NCBI GenBank assembly: GCA_977017645.1
Contig: OZ360230.1
Coordinates: 14,260,001 to 14,324,000, forward strand
Source: Torpedo marmorata
Lineage: Eukaryota
DNA: 64,000 nt
Direction of reading: 5' to 3'
The notes beneath the pieces are model-generated. The model had not been told where the DNA came from. It was given only the letters and a program-made list of their open reading frames with translations, and searched no databases. Below are positions 1-12,459 of the stretch, piece after piece. Position numbers and translations under genes: made by a program. How positions within the stretch are numbered: position 1 is the first letter of the stretch; every line of letters begins with the position of its first letter.

Positions 1-146
1 TAGTGAGGGTGGGTTTAGATGGGGTTAGAATCACGGTAATACGAATTTTGTATGTATTGAATTTATTAATGTTTATTATGTACTTTGTACTATTTTGTAT
101 TATTGTGAAAAATTTGAAAATTTAAAATAAAATATTTTTAAAAAAG
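1..146 (+). mobile_element. 3' UTR/poly(A) end of an L1/Tx1-type LINE (continues left of the window)
   Basis: G-rich tract, AATAAA and an A-run, closely resembling the L1 tail at 9200-9380; abuts CR1 sequence. Confidence 0.55.
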
Positions 147-696
147 GAAAGTTTACGGTCATGCACTTTGGTAGAAGAAATAAACGGGCAGACTATTTTC
201 TAAATGGGGAGAAAATTGAAAATTCCCAGATGCAAAGTGGCCTGGGAGCCCTCGTGCAGGATAGCCTGAAGGTAAACTTGCATGTTGAATCGGCGGTGAA
301 GAAGGCAAATGCATTGCTTGCATTCATTTTAAGTGGAATATAAGAGCAGGGATATGATGTTAAGGCTTTATAAGGCACTGGTGAGTCCTCACTTGGAGTA
401 TGTTGAGCAGTTTTGGGCTCCTCTTTAAGAAAGGATGTGCTGACGTTAGAGAGGGTTCAGAGGAGGTTCACAAGGATGATTCCGGGAATGAAAGGGTTAT
501 CATACGAGGAATGTTTGACGGCTCTTAGCCTGTACTCGTTGGAATTTAGGAGAATGAGGAGGATCTCATTGAAACATTTCGAATGTTGAAAGGCGTGGAC
601 AAAATAGATGTAGAAAGGTTGTTTCCCATGGTGGGAGAGTAGAGGACAAGAGGGCACAACTTCAAATTGAAGGGCATCACTTAGAACAGAGATGTG
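147..696 (+). mobile_element. CR1 LINE, ORF2 C-terminal fragment (left part)
   Basis: MHFGRRNK..YFLNGEKI..VKKANALLAFI is typical CR1 post-RT sequence; continues at 9383. Confidence 0.85.
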
Positions 697-2883
697 ACTC
701 ATACACTTCCAGAATCTTTTTCTACAGCAATAATTACAGTAATACCAAAAAAAGATAGAGACCCAGTGAAACTTTCATCATATAGACCAATTTCATTACT
801 GAATGCAGACTATAAAATTGTAGCGAAAATCTTGGCCAATAGGATAACAAAACTTTTGCCAAAATTAGTAAATATGGATCAAACAGGTTTTATAAAAAAA
901 AGACAAGCAGCTGACAATGTAGCAAGGTTACTTAGTATTGTTCATTTAGCTCAAAAAAGAAAAGTATTAAGTGTTGCGGTGGCACTAGATGCAGAGAAAG
1001 CTTTTGTTTAAAGTATTGGAGAAATTTGGATTTGGGCAGACTTATATAGATTGGATTAAAGCATTATATAATGCTCCAAAAGCTAAAGTAGTGACTAATG
1101 GACAAATATCAACTTCATTTTGCTTGACAAGATCTAGTCGACAAGGGTGCCCATTGTCACCAGCTTTATTTATATTAGCTATAGAACCACTTGCAGAGGC
1201 AATTAGAAGTGACTCGGCAATTAAGGGATATACAGTTGGTCAAGAGCAACATAAAATCAGCTTATTTGCGGATGATGTTTTAAAATATATTTGACAGAGC
1301 CTGAGACCTCTCTGCAAAGATTGCATTTTAAATTGGAAGAATATGGGAAAGTTTCAGGTTATAAAATAAACTGGGATAAAAGTGAAATTATGCCTCTTAC
1401 AGAGGGAGATTATACTGTATGTAAAAGAAGTACTCCGTTTAAATGGCCACATAATGGGATAAAATATCTAGGGATTCGAACAGACAATAATTTAAAAAAT
1501 CTATATAAACTGAATTATATACCATTACTTAAAAAGATTAAAGAAGATTTGGAAAAATTGATTAATTTACCTATTACATTGATAGGAAGAGTTAATTGTA
1601 TTAAAATGAATATATTTCCAAGGATACAATATTTGTATCAAACTATACCTATTTTACTACCACAGGTTTTTTTCCAGGATTTAAATAAACAAGTGCGAAA
1701 ATTTCTTTGGAAAGGTAAAATGTCAAGAGTTTCTATGGAACATTTAACATGGAAATATGAATTGGGAGGTTTACAACTCCCTAATTTTAAAAATTATTAT
1801 CGAGCGGCACAAATGAGATTTGTTGCTTCTTTTTTTGAAAGTGAAGGAAGACCTGCATGGGTTGGAATAGAGCTTGGAGAAATAGGAGAGAAAGTACCAG
1901 AAGAATTTATGTTTAAATGGAACTCAAAATTACTGATAGGAGTTAAAGAAACACCGTTACTAAAACATTTGATTAATGCATGGAACAAGATTAATGATGA
2001 GATAGGGATGAAAGGAACTATATCACCTAAAATGTCATTGATACAGAATAATCTCATACCTTTTACAAAAGATAATCAATTATTAAATATATGGTCACAG
2101 AAAGGAATAAATAAGATAGAAGATTGTTATGAAGGGAAGCAATTGATGTCGTTTGTACAGCTAAGAAACAAATATGGAATACCGAATAACACTCTTTTTT
2201 GTTATTTTCAATTAAGAGGTTATTTAAGGGAAAAATTAGGTCCGGATATATTGTTACAAGATTGTAGTGAGGTAGAAACCCTTATTAGGAAAGGAAATAT
2301 TTTAAAAATTACTTCTATAATATACTCTTTGTTACAAAGGGGAGCCTTAAAACAAGGACTTCATAAATCTAGACAAAGATGGGAACAAGATCTTAATGTT
2401 ATAATTGATGAAAAAAGATGGTCGGATTTATGTCAAGATAGTATGACCTATTAATGTAAGATATAGATTAGTACAGTATAATTTTTTACATCAACTATAT
2501 CTTACATCACAAAAATTGAATAAGATAAAATCTACATTATCAAATAAGTGTTTTAGATGTGGTGAAGAGGAGGGAACTTTTTTACATTCAACATGGTTAT
2601 GCTCTAAGGTAAAACATTTTTGGATGGAGTTAGGGAATCTGTTAAAACAAATTACAGGTGTCACATTTCCACAGAAACCTGATTTATATTTATTAGGGAA
2701 TGTGGAAGGAACTAGACCAAAGTTGAAGTTATCAACATATCAACTGAAATTTGTAAAAATTGCTTTAGCAGTAGCAAGGAAGTGTATAGCAGTAACTTGG
2801 AAATCAGATACAAATTTAGGTATGGATAGATGGAATATAGAGATGCGGAGTTGTATTCCATTGGAAAAAATAACATATAATAT
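697..2883 (+). mobile_element. 5'-truncated L1/Tx1 LINE ORF2 (RT and C-terminal region), frameshifted
   Basis: YRPISLLNADYKI, DAEKAF, RQGCPLSP, LFADD motifs and a CFRC..HSTWLC zinc knuckle; 7-bp TSD agatgtg at 690-696 and 9383-9389. Confidence 0.92.
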
Positions 2884-3785
2884 TGTTATGGACCATGACT
2901 GACCATTTGGACTGCGGACGGTTATCAGGAAGGATGAATTCTTTTGGAGTATACACTGGGGCCAGGTACTGAAAGAGTTAACTTCCCCAGCTACTTGGTG
3001 TACCCAGACAAGATACATTGTTGCACACTTCTGGTGTACCCAGACAGAGAGAGACCAGAGAGAGACAGAGACAGGCTGAACAAGATACATTTGTTTCACT
3101 TCTGCAAAAAGCAGGGGCAGATCTCTGCAAAGCAGACAGTTGTGAGTTGCAAGGCTACAGAACACAGCCAGATCCAGTTTTGTGTGCAAAAGTCAGAGAA
3201 AGACTGACAGAATAGCACATGGCCTCCTGTCTTCAGAGAAAAATTCTGAGAAAAGCAACTTCTGTGGAGAACAGGCGTGAGATCAGCGAGACTAGCTGTG
3301 AGATTCAAGCATACGCCTAAATCAGTGGTATACTGATCTGGAACTTGCAATCCTTATGAACCTACAAGAAGGGGACGTCATCAGAGAAGAAAACAAGTAT
3401 TTGTAAGCATAATCAGTCATTGTCTCTCTCCAACGTTCATTCAGAAGTACGTCTACCAGACCCAGAGCTGAATTGAAGCCTGAACTTAGAGAGTGAATCT
3501 TGTGGACTGTTTATCTTTTTTTTGACTGACTTGTTTTTTTATGACTGACCTGGGGTTTTTGGGGAAAGTTTTTCCATTTTTACATAAGGGTTGGGCACAG
3601 ACTATAATGGTCTGGGCTTTACACACACACACATACACCTTTTAGATAAGAATAGAGTTTATAGACGTTTATAGTGGGGTTAATTGTTGTGAAATTATAT
3701 GTTTACTTGTGTTTAATAAATAATGATTTCAATTTTACCCCTTTTGCATTGCGTCTTCTGTCATTGCTGGTTTGATTCTGTAACA
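2884..3785 (+). repeat. 5' LTR
   Basis: tgttatgg...tgtaaca; about 7 differences (hand count) from the copy at 7982-8882. Confidence 0.95.
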
Positions 3786-3788
3786 AAT

Positions 3789-3807
3789 TGGGGGCTCGTT
3801 GCGGGAT
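3789..3807 (+). promoter_or_regulatory. tRNA-Pro primer binding site
   Basis: tgggggctcgttgcgggat versus canonical Pro PBS TGGGGGCTCGTCCGGGAT, 3 nt after the LTR. Confidence 0.85.
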
Positions 3808-3919
3808 TTGAATCAAAATCTATCTTGGTAATTGAAGGAATCCCAGTTTGGTTTAAGGCATTCCTTTTGGTAAAGCTAATTAAAAGCTAGTGTGTGTATA
3901 ACAAAAAAAACCAGCAACA

Positions 3920-6900
3920 ATGGATGTAGAACATTTTTTGGAATCACCTGAACCTGATACTTTAAAAAAGGCGAAAAAGGAACAGTTAGTGGCTATAGCA
4001 ACAGAGTTGGGCATTGCTTCTGTAAAACCATCTATGAAAAAGGCAGAGATTGGGAGAAAAATTGTCAAGTACTATATAAAAGAAAAAAAGTTTGAGGAGA
4101 GCATGTTAGAGCAGTTTCCCAAGGATAAACCTTCTGAAAACATACAATTGGAAATAAAGAAATTGGAATTGGAACAAAATAAATTGGAGGCAGACAGGGA
4201 ACAAAAGAACAGGGAATTGGAACAAAAGAACAGGGAATTGGAGGCAGACAGGGAACAAAAGAATAGGGAATTGGAACAAAAGAAATTAGAATTGGAACAG
4301 AGGAAATTAGAATTGGAGATAGCCAGGGAACAGAAGAGATTAGACTTAGAGAATGAGGAGAAAAATAGGATATATATGCTGGAAAAGATAAAGTTGGAAA
4401 ATGAGAGGAGACAAGAAGAGCGCCAAGATCAAATTCGTCATCCTGCTGAGGGGTTTTTGGCTAGTAGAGAAGTTAGGTTGGTTCCTCCATTTGAGGAGGC
4501 AGAAATAGATAAGTACTTCCAACATTTTGAGAAAGTGGCTGTGAAATTGAAATGGCCACAAGACCAATGGTCTCTTATGTTACAAAGTGTAATTAAAGGA
4601 AAAGCTCAGCAAGCTTATTCTACTCTTACCACAGAACAAGCTGCTGATTATGAAACGGTGAAGAAGGCTATACTCCAGGCTTATGAGTTAGTTCCAGAGG
4701 CTTATAGACAGAAGTTTAGAAATCTAAAAAGATCAGCAACCCAATCTTATACAGAGTTTGCCTATGAAAAAGTTGTGTGTTTTGACAGGTGGTGCACATC
4801 TAAGGAAGTAAACAATGATTACAATCAATTGAGAGAATTGATAATAATCGAGGAGATAAAAAGGTGTGTTCCTGAGGATATTAAGGTATACTTAGATGAA
4901 AAGGAGGTGAAAACTTGGCGAGATTCAGCTAAGTTGGCAGATGGATATGCTTTAACCCACAAGCCTAAGTGGACGTCAGGTAGAATTTTCCAAAAGGTCA
5001 CGGTGGATAATCAGAAGCAAGTGGAAAGTAAATTTGGAAGTGGTGTTAAGGAAAGGGATGAAGGAAAGTGAAAAAGGGAAAACAATTCGGGTCCCATTTT
5101 CCACTACTGTAGGAAGGAAGGTCATATGATAGCAAGCTGTCCAGTGTTGAAAAAGAAGAGAGAAAAGGATGCAACACCTAATGCTTGTATTCAGAGTGAG
5201 AAGATGCATAACACCCAGGTAGGAGATAAATTTACTGACCAAGTTAAAGATGTATTTAAACCTTTTGTGACTGATGGTTTTGTTTCAGTTAAGGCAGGAT
5301 CAAAACAAGTGCCAGTGAAAATCTTGCGAGATACTGGAGCTGCTCAGTCACTTGTGTTAGATAGTGTCTTGGAATTTTGTGAAGCTACTGACACCGGTGA
5401 CATAAATTTAATAAAAGGAATTGGTGGTGAGGTTGAGTCCATTCCTTTGCACAAAATAGTATTGAACTCAGACTTGGTGGAAGGACCAGTTATAATAGGA
5501 GTGAGATCAGAGTTGCCAGTAGAAGGAGTCTCACTGTTGTTAGGCAATGACTTGGCCAAGGGTAAAGTAGTTCCTGCAGTGCCAATGACCACTAAGCCAG
5601 TCATTGATAAGTCAGAGAAAGACTCTGATATTTGTCCGGCATGTGCCATAACCAGGGCCATGTCTAAGAAAAATGTCACTGTAGAGAAGGCAGTGGAAAA
5701 TAACTTGGAAAAAGAAAAAGAAACTGATAATCAAGAAAACCTGGAAAAGGTTGAGCAATCTCCTATGTTACACCCATCCACTGATAAGACACCTAAAGGC
5801 ACAGATTTGTCACTATCCCGACAGGAGTTAATAGCAAGGCAAAAGGACGATCCGGATCTTGCTGAGGTGAGGGATAAGGTTCTCTCTGAAGAGGAGATTA
5901 AAAAGGTGCCAGTAGGGTATTATGAAAAAGATGGGGTGTTGATGAGAAAGTGGAGACCACGTGATGTTCCTGCCAATGAAGAATGGGCAGTAGTGCAGCA
6001 GGTTGTGATCCCTAAAGTATATAGGGATGAAATAATAACTTTGGCTCATAGTACAACCTTAGGTGGTCATCTTGGGGTGAAGAAAACTATAAGTAAGATA
6101 ATGAAACAATTTTATTGGCCCAGTTTGAGAAGGGAGGTTGTAAGCTTTTGCCGGGCCTGTCACACTTGTCAGGTGGTGGGTAAACCTAATCAGGGTCCCC
6201 CGGTGGCACCCTTGCAACCTATCCCTGCTTTCAGTGAGCCTTTCTCGAGAGTAATTGTGGACTGTGTTGGCCCATTGCCCAAAACCAAAGCGGGGAATGA
6301 ATATTTGTTAACAATTATGTGTGCAGCCACCAGATTTCCAGAGGCCATTCCTCTGAGAAACATAAAAGCAAAGTCAATTGTAAAGGCTATGGTAAAGTTT
6401 TTCACCTTGGTAGGTTTGCCAAGAGAAATTCAATCAGATCAGGGCAGTAATTTCATGTCAGGCGTTTTCCAACAAGTGGTTGATGGACTAGGAGTTAAAC
6501 AGATTGTATCCTCTGCGTACCATCCAGAAAGTCAAGGGGCCTTGGAGAGGTTCCATTCGACTTTGAAAACCATGATTAGAACCTATTGTTGTGAGAAGGA
6601 AAAGGATTGGGATGAGGGGGTTCATTTGTTGTTATTTGCAGCGAGGGAGTCTGTCCAAGATTCGCTTGGTTTTAGTCCATTTGAGTTAGTTTTCGGACAT
6701 GAGGTGAGAGGTCCTTTAAGATTATTAAAAGAACAGTGGATTAATCGTGATGTGCATTTAAATCTGTTAGACTATGTTTCCAAATTTAAGGATCGGTTAC
6801 ATAGGGCTTGTGAGATGGCACAGGAGAATTTAAAGGCCACTCAACAGAGAATGAAGGTTTGGTATGATCGAAAGGCGAAGATGAGGACTTTTAAACCTGG

Positions 6901-7849
6901 TGAGAACGTATTAGTTCTGTTTCCCATCCATTCAAATCATCTTAGGGCTAGATTTTCAGGACCCTATAGAGTTAAGTAAAAAATTAATGATGTCACCTAT
7001 GTTATAGAGACACCTAATCGCAGACGAGACACACAGGTCTGTCATGTGAATATGATTAAGCCATATTTTGAACAGGTGCCACACAAAGGGACTGAAAATT
7101 TACCAGAGGTACTGGTTATTGACAGGGGTAAGGAGGAGACAGATAAAACCAGTTTCAGAGAGGGTCATGGGACTGTTAATTCTCGGGGTTATGTTGTAGG
7201 ACAGGGGAATTTGGCGCCAGTAGAGGCAAAGGTTGTCGCTATTTCCGAGTTCCCTGTTCCAACTGGTAAGAAAACTCTGAGGAGGTTCCTGGGAATGATT
7301 GGCTACTACCGCAAGTTCTGTAAAAACTTTGCTGATCTTGCGCTCCCTCTCACAAATTTGCTTAGAAAGAAAGAGAAATTTGTATGGTCTACAGGTTGTC
7401 AGGAAGCATTTGTCAAATTGAAAGCCATGTTATGCCACCAACCTGTGCTTAAGTCACCTAATTTAGAACAGTCGTTTTCTTTAGCCGTGGATGCGAGCGA
7501 TGAAGCTGTGGGTGCGGTGCTGTTACAGAAGAAGAACGAAGAGGACATTGACCATCCGGTATCCTACTTCTCGAAGAAGTTCAATGATCATCAAAGGAAT
7601 TATTCAACTATAGAGAAAGAGTTGTTGGCTCTTGTGTTGGCTCTACAACATTTTGATGTGTATATCTGTACAGCTCAAAAACCACTCATAGTGTATACTG
7701 ACCATAATCCATTGGTTTTTCTTTGTAAAATGAAAAATAAGAATCGACGGTTGTTGAATTGGAGTCTAATTTTACAAGAATATAATTTGGTAATCACTCA
7801 TATAAAAGGGAGAGATAATGTAATTGCTGATTGTCTTTCTAGATGTTAA
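3920..7849 (+). pseudogene. Gag-Pol polyprotein in one frame with two in-frame stops (5069-5071, 6977-6979)
   Basis: SCAN-like region YETVKKAIL..LRELIIIEE; protease ILRDTGA; integrase HHCC plus VDCVG/SDQG/LERFH; RNase H AVDAS..YSTIEKE..YTDH..ADCLSR; the three listed ORFs share one frame. Confidence 0.92.
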
Positions 7850-7969
7850 ACTTTATCAATGAAAATAGTTCATATTTTGTATTTGTGGATGAACATTGTA
7901 GATTTTGTTTATATTCTGACACCTCACTTACTTTCCTAAATTTTGTTCTTGCAGACCAAAATTTCCTTT

Positions 7970-7981
7970 GAGGGTGGGAGG
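7970..7981 (+). other. Polypurine tract
   Basis: gagggtgggagg immediately before the 3' LTR. Confidence 0.85.
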
Positions 7982-8882
7982 TGTTATGGACCATGACTGA
8001 CCATTTGGACTGCGGACGGTTAGCAGGAAGGATGAATTCTTTTGGAGTATACACTGGGGCCAGGTACTGAAAGAGTTAACTTCCCCAGCTACTTGGTGTA
8101 CCCAGACAAGATACATTGTTGCACACTTCTGGTGTACCCAGACAGAGAGAGACCAGAGAGAGACAGAGACAGGCTGAACAAGATACATTTGTTTCACTTC
8201 TGCAAAAAGCAGGGGCAGATCTCTGCAAAGCAGACAGTTGTGAGTTGCAAGGCTACAGAACACAGCCAGATCCAGTTTTGTGTGCAAAAGTCAGAGAAAG
8301 ACTGACAGAATAGCACATGGCCTCCTGTCTCAGAGAACAATTCTGAGAAAAGCAACTTCTGTGGAGAACAGGCGTGAGATCAGCGAGACTAGCTGTGAGA
8401 TTCAAGCATACGCCTAAATCAGTGGTATACTGATCTGGAACTTGCAATCCTTATGAACCTACAAGAAGGGGACGTCATCAGAGAAGAAAACAAGTATTTG
8501 TAAGCATAATCAGTCATTGTCTCTCTCCAACGTTCATTCAGAAGTACTTCTACCAGACCCAGAGCTGAATTGAAGCCTGAACTTAGAGAGTGAATCTTGT
8601 GGACTGTTTATCTTTTTTTTGACTGACTTGTTTTTTTATGACTGACCTGGGGTTTTTGGGGAAAGTTTTTCCATTTTTACATAAGGGTTGGGCACAGACT
8701 GTAATGGTCTGGGCTTTACACACACACACATACACCTTTTAGATAAGAATAGAGTTTATAGACGTTTATAGTGGGGTTAATTGTTGTGAAATTATATGTT
8801 TACTTGTGTTTAATAAATAATAATTTCAATTTTACCCCTTTTGCATTGCGTCTTCTGTCGTTGCTGGTTTGATTCTGTAACA
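7982..8882 (+). repeat. 3' LTR
   Basis: Direct repeat of 2884-3785. Confidence 0.95.
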
Positions 8883-9382
8883 ATATGAGAAATAAATATG
8901 GGGTCTTTTTGTAAATTTGGCGTCCATATATCCAATCATTAGGTATGAATATTTAAATGCGTTGCTCTACATCCTAGACCCTGTTGACTCTCTCAAATTT
9001 AAAGAATAAAAATACTGTTGAATACCATGCGTCGAGCTGTGGACCCAGCAGCGATCCATACAGATGTTTTAATAAGTAATACTAATACCTTCTTTTCTGT
9101 TTTCTTTTTTAGTTTTTAGTAAAGGGAGGGAATTAAAGGGAGGGGAGGGTGGAGGGTGGGGTAGAAACATTTAACATTTAATACTAAGTAATAATTTTAA
9201 TTGTAATGTTTGGAAGATATATGGGGTGGGGGGGGGTTAAGGGAAGGGATAGATACACTATGTAATACAAATTATGTTTTTTTTATTTACTGGAATTAAT
9301 AATGTATATTATATACGTTGTATTACTGTGTGAAAAATTAAAAAATTTAAAATAAAATATTCAAAAAAACCCAAAAAAAACC
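8883..9382 (+). mobile_element. L1 ORF2 end, 3' UTR and A-rich tail (continuation of 697-2883)
   Basis: Removing the LTR element restores KITYN-MRNKYGVF; G-rich UTR, AATAAA, A tail. Confidence 0.9.
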
Positions 9383-9620
9383 AGATGTGTAGGAATTTCT
9401 TCAGCCAGAGGGTGGTAAATCTGTAGAATTTATTGCCACAGGCAGTTGTGGAGGCTAGGTCACTGGGTGTCTTTAAGGCAGAGATTGATAGGTTCTTGAT
9501 TAGCCAGGGCATCAATGGTTACAGGGAGAAGGTCGGGCAGTGGGGCTGAGTGGGAAAATCGATCAGCTCATGATTGGGCTGAATAGCCTTTTTCTGCTCC
9601 TATGTCTTATGGTCTTATAG
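9383..9620 (+). mobile_element. CR1 3' end (right part)
   Basis: aggaatttcttcagccagagggtgg and a tcttatggtcttat-type tail; joins 147-696. Confidence 0.85.
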
Positions 9621-9651
9621 TCTTAAAGTGTCCATATTGTGACATTCATAT

Positions 9652-10220
9652 CTTCAAGATTCAAGGTTCAATTTATTGTCATAGTAATAAGACAGTGTCA
9701 TATTCCATGAAATTTCTTTTTGCCTGCTGCAAGGCAGACAGATTCGCCACCGGCAGAAATTGCCTAAGCGCCTCTAACATTCCTTACAGTCAGAGAAAGA
9801 GAAGGAAAAGAGAGTCCCCCCAGAGTCACCGAGTGTCCGTAGATTCGCATCCAGCGCTTCCGCAGCCTCCGCAGCCACACAGAGTCCAGTCCAAACCGTG
9901 GCAACCCAAGCTCCAGATCCGAACCTCCGACATGGTCAGGGCGCCCTCGGCACCCCCTCGCATCCCGGTTCCGATACCTGGTACTCCTCCAGCCAGTTCG
10001 ATCCAGCCTCCAGCAGCCCCTCACTGGTCCGCTGCCGTGGTCACCGTCCCGTGGGTCCGCTCCTCCTTCTCAGACGGGGGTGATCTTCCTGTCCTCTGGT
10101 GCCCTGCTCCAGTCCTCCGCTTCCCCGGAGTCTGCAGCCCCTCGTGGCTGCTGCCGGTTAAAAGGCGCTGCCACCTTGGGCACAGACCCAACAATTTCTC
10201 CAGCGCCCTTCCACGGTTCT
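9652..10220 (-). mobile_element. 3' portion of an unclassified LINE/SINE
   Basis: Minus strand reads aataaa followed by a (ttgaa)-type tandem tail; right boundary approximate. Confidence 0.45.
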
Positions 10221-10523
10221 AGGCCTGGAGTGAAGCAGGGTGGTCCCAAGCCAGCCTCATTTTTCTAAGAAAGAATTGTTACAGAAGACACCTACCAAGA
10301 CGATGATGGTATTCCGTAGACTCTCCAGAAGCAGCCCAGTAAGGCCAAGCTCTATAACCAATGGCAAAGCCGGATTCACCCTTCCTCATCCCCTCACATA
10401 TGATCTAGATCAGCCGATGATGTTGACAATGGGATAGATATTGACAATTCGCCTGCTCTTCTTGGAAATAGTACCTTCGGGTCTTTCATGTGCCATGTGT
10501 AAGGTAGTTTAGGGACAAGGTAT

Positions 10524-10613
10524 GATGAAGGGCTCAAGCCTGAAACATTGGTTATTTATCTTTATCTTTGCTATATAAAGTACACTGTTTGACATGCTGA
10601 GTTTCTCCAGCAT
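10524..10613 (+). mobile_element. Penelope-like terminal fragment with hammerhead-like motif
   Basis: tgatgaagggctcaagcctgaaac..gctgagtttctccagca matches the PLE ends at 23710 and 62760. Confidence 0.7.
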
Positions 10614-11029
10614 TGCCTTTTTACAATGAAACATTGGATTTCCTTGATTGTTACGCCTATTGTAAATTGTATTTGTTTTCTATCCCAGTGCCATTACTTC
10701 TTAACCAAAAGGTGCCAGGAGTAAAGTACTTCATGATACAATTTGTTAATCACTGTAGATTGCTTTGCTCATTTCCATTGTTGGAAAATGTGAGTAAGGG
10801 GATTCCTGAACCATTAGAGACCTATGTTAATATTATGATCCAAGCTTAGGAAATCAAAATGTAGAAGTGGTTTGGATGGAGGTGGACAGACCTTAACCAC
10901 AGGGTAGGACAGAGTATAAAGAAATAAATAATAGGAGCATGTCAAAAAAATATAGCAATAATCATGGGGATTTTAATCTATACAAAGAACGGAAAAATCA
11001 GATGAGCAAAATTAGCCTGGATGAAGTGG

Positions 11030-11290
11030 AGAGGTGGTTTCTCCCTCTACTGTCTCTCCACCTGCTACACCTTCTGAACTATACTCTATCACTTTTGGGC
11101 CCCTCCCCCAGCTTCTTTCCCCCTATAAATGCTATTTTATCTATTTTATCTTAGTCTTGATAAAGAGTTCAGACCCAAAACATTGACTGACCATTTCTAC
11201 CCATGTATGCTGTCTTACCTTTTGAGTTCCTCCAACAATTCTTTTGTCTACTCAAGATTCCAGCATCTGCAGCGTTTGTGTTCCTCTTTG
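11030..11290 (+). mobile_element. Old Penelope-like 3' fragment
   Basis: CT-rich tract, decayed cttgataaagagttcagacccaaaac, ttccagcatctgcag end. Confidence 0.5.
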
Positions 11291-11662
11291 GAGAAAAGTG
11301 AATTGGTGGAAATTGAAAGTAGGCATAAATGAGGATTTTTCTGGTGTGTAAAATGAGTGATTGCTGCAGGGATTAGAGATGGGGTTTCAATATTTTACAA
11401 TCCATATAAATAACAGAGCAAGGACTGAAGGTATGTTTGCTAAATTTGCTAATGACAAAAGGATAGGTTGAATAGCAAGTTGTGAAAGGGTATAATTAGA
11501 TTAAGTGAGGGGGTTAAAGATCTGGTCAGGTGGAGTATAATGTGGGAACATGTGAATTTGTCTATTTTGGGAGGCCTGGTGCATGATTTGAAAATAATTA
11601 GGGATATTATTTATTACAAAGGAAATTGAACGCAAAAGTAAGGAGGCATGTTTCAGTTATAT

Positions 11663-12246
11663 CAGCGTCCATTGGAGGTAAAAATATATTGCCGATGTTT
11701 CAGGCCTGAACCCTTCTTCAAGGAATAAGCAGAATAAGCCAGAAGCAGGATCTCAGAAAGTCTCAGAATTCAACCAATGCTGGCTGAGGGAGGAATCCAG
11801 ACCAACAAAGGGTGTTAATTGGATGTGATAAGGGATGAGGTAAGAATTTATCATGTTTGTGTGAAAGGAGATGGAAGGGAGAGGCAGAGATAGGGAAGGC
11901 GACGGGAGAAGAAGTGAGGGGGGGGTGGTTTTAATGAAAGCCAGAGAAGTCGATATTAATGCCATCCGGTTGGAGGGTTCCCAGCCGGAAGTTGAGGTGC
12001 TGTTCCTCCAATTTGCGGGTGGTCACAGTCTGGCAGTGCATGAGATCATGGACAGACATGTCAGCAAGGGAATGGGATGGAGAATTGAAATGGTGGCCAC
12101 TGGGAGATCCACGCTATGCGGTGGTGCTCAATAAAGCGATCTCCCAGTCTGCGTCCAGTCTCTCCGATGTAGGGGAGACCACAACGGGAGCACTGGATGC
12201 AGTAGATAATCCCCTGCAGATTCACAAGTGAAATGTTGCTTTCCAG
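11663..12246 (-). mobile_element. Penelope-like element, GIY-YIG end plus terminal repeat
   Basis: IYCIQCSRCGLPYIGETGRRLGDRF; approximate TSD ttYagttatat at 11652-11662 and 12247-12257. Confidence 0.85.
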
Positions 12247-12319
12247 TTTAGTTATATAGGGCATTGGTGAGTTGCATCTGGAGTACTGAGTACCATACTG
12301 ATCTCCTTATTCCTAGATA

Positions 12320-12459
12320 TATATGTGCATTAGCATGTTATAATTTTTTATTGTATTATGATATTTATGTACATCTGCCCATGGTCCTGGAGAAACGCTA
12401 TCTCGTCTTACTGTGTATATGGTAATGAACGACAAATAAAGGTGACTTGACTTGACTTA
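12320..12459 (+). mobile_element. LINE/SINE 3' end with (GACTT)n tail
   Basis: aataaaggtgacttgacttgactt. Confidence 0.5.

Larger units (their letters stand above)
2884..8882 (+). mobile_element. Gmr1-type Gypsy LTR retrotransposon (Gag/SCAN-PR-IN-RH), RT core missing
   Basis: TG..CA LTRs of about 900 bp, 4-bp TSD atat (2880-2883, 8883-8886), integrase placed upstream of the RT-thumb/RNase H. Confidence 0.95.

Noticed and set aside
2944-3350. Short ORFs repeated at 8042-8447, 32.6-33.2 kb and 36.6-37.4 kb
   Set aside because: They recur only because they lie in LTRs; frames are not conserved between LTR subfamilies
9121-9165. G-quadruplex-like tract
   Set aside because: Ordinary G-rich L1 3' UTR feature, also seen in other L1 tails here
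9602-10222. 206-aa Pro-rich ORF
   Set aside because: GC-rich repeat read antisense to a LINE/SINE tail; no recognisable domain or splice support
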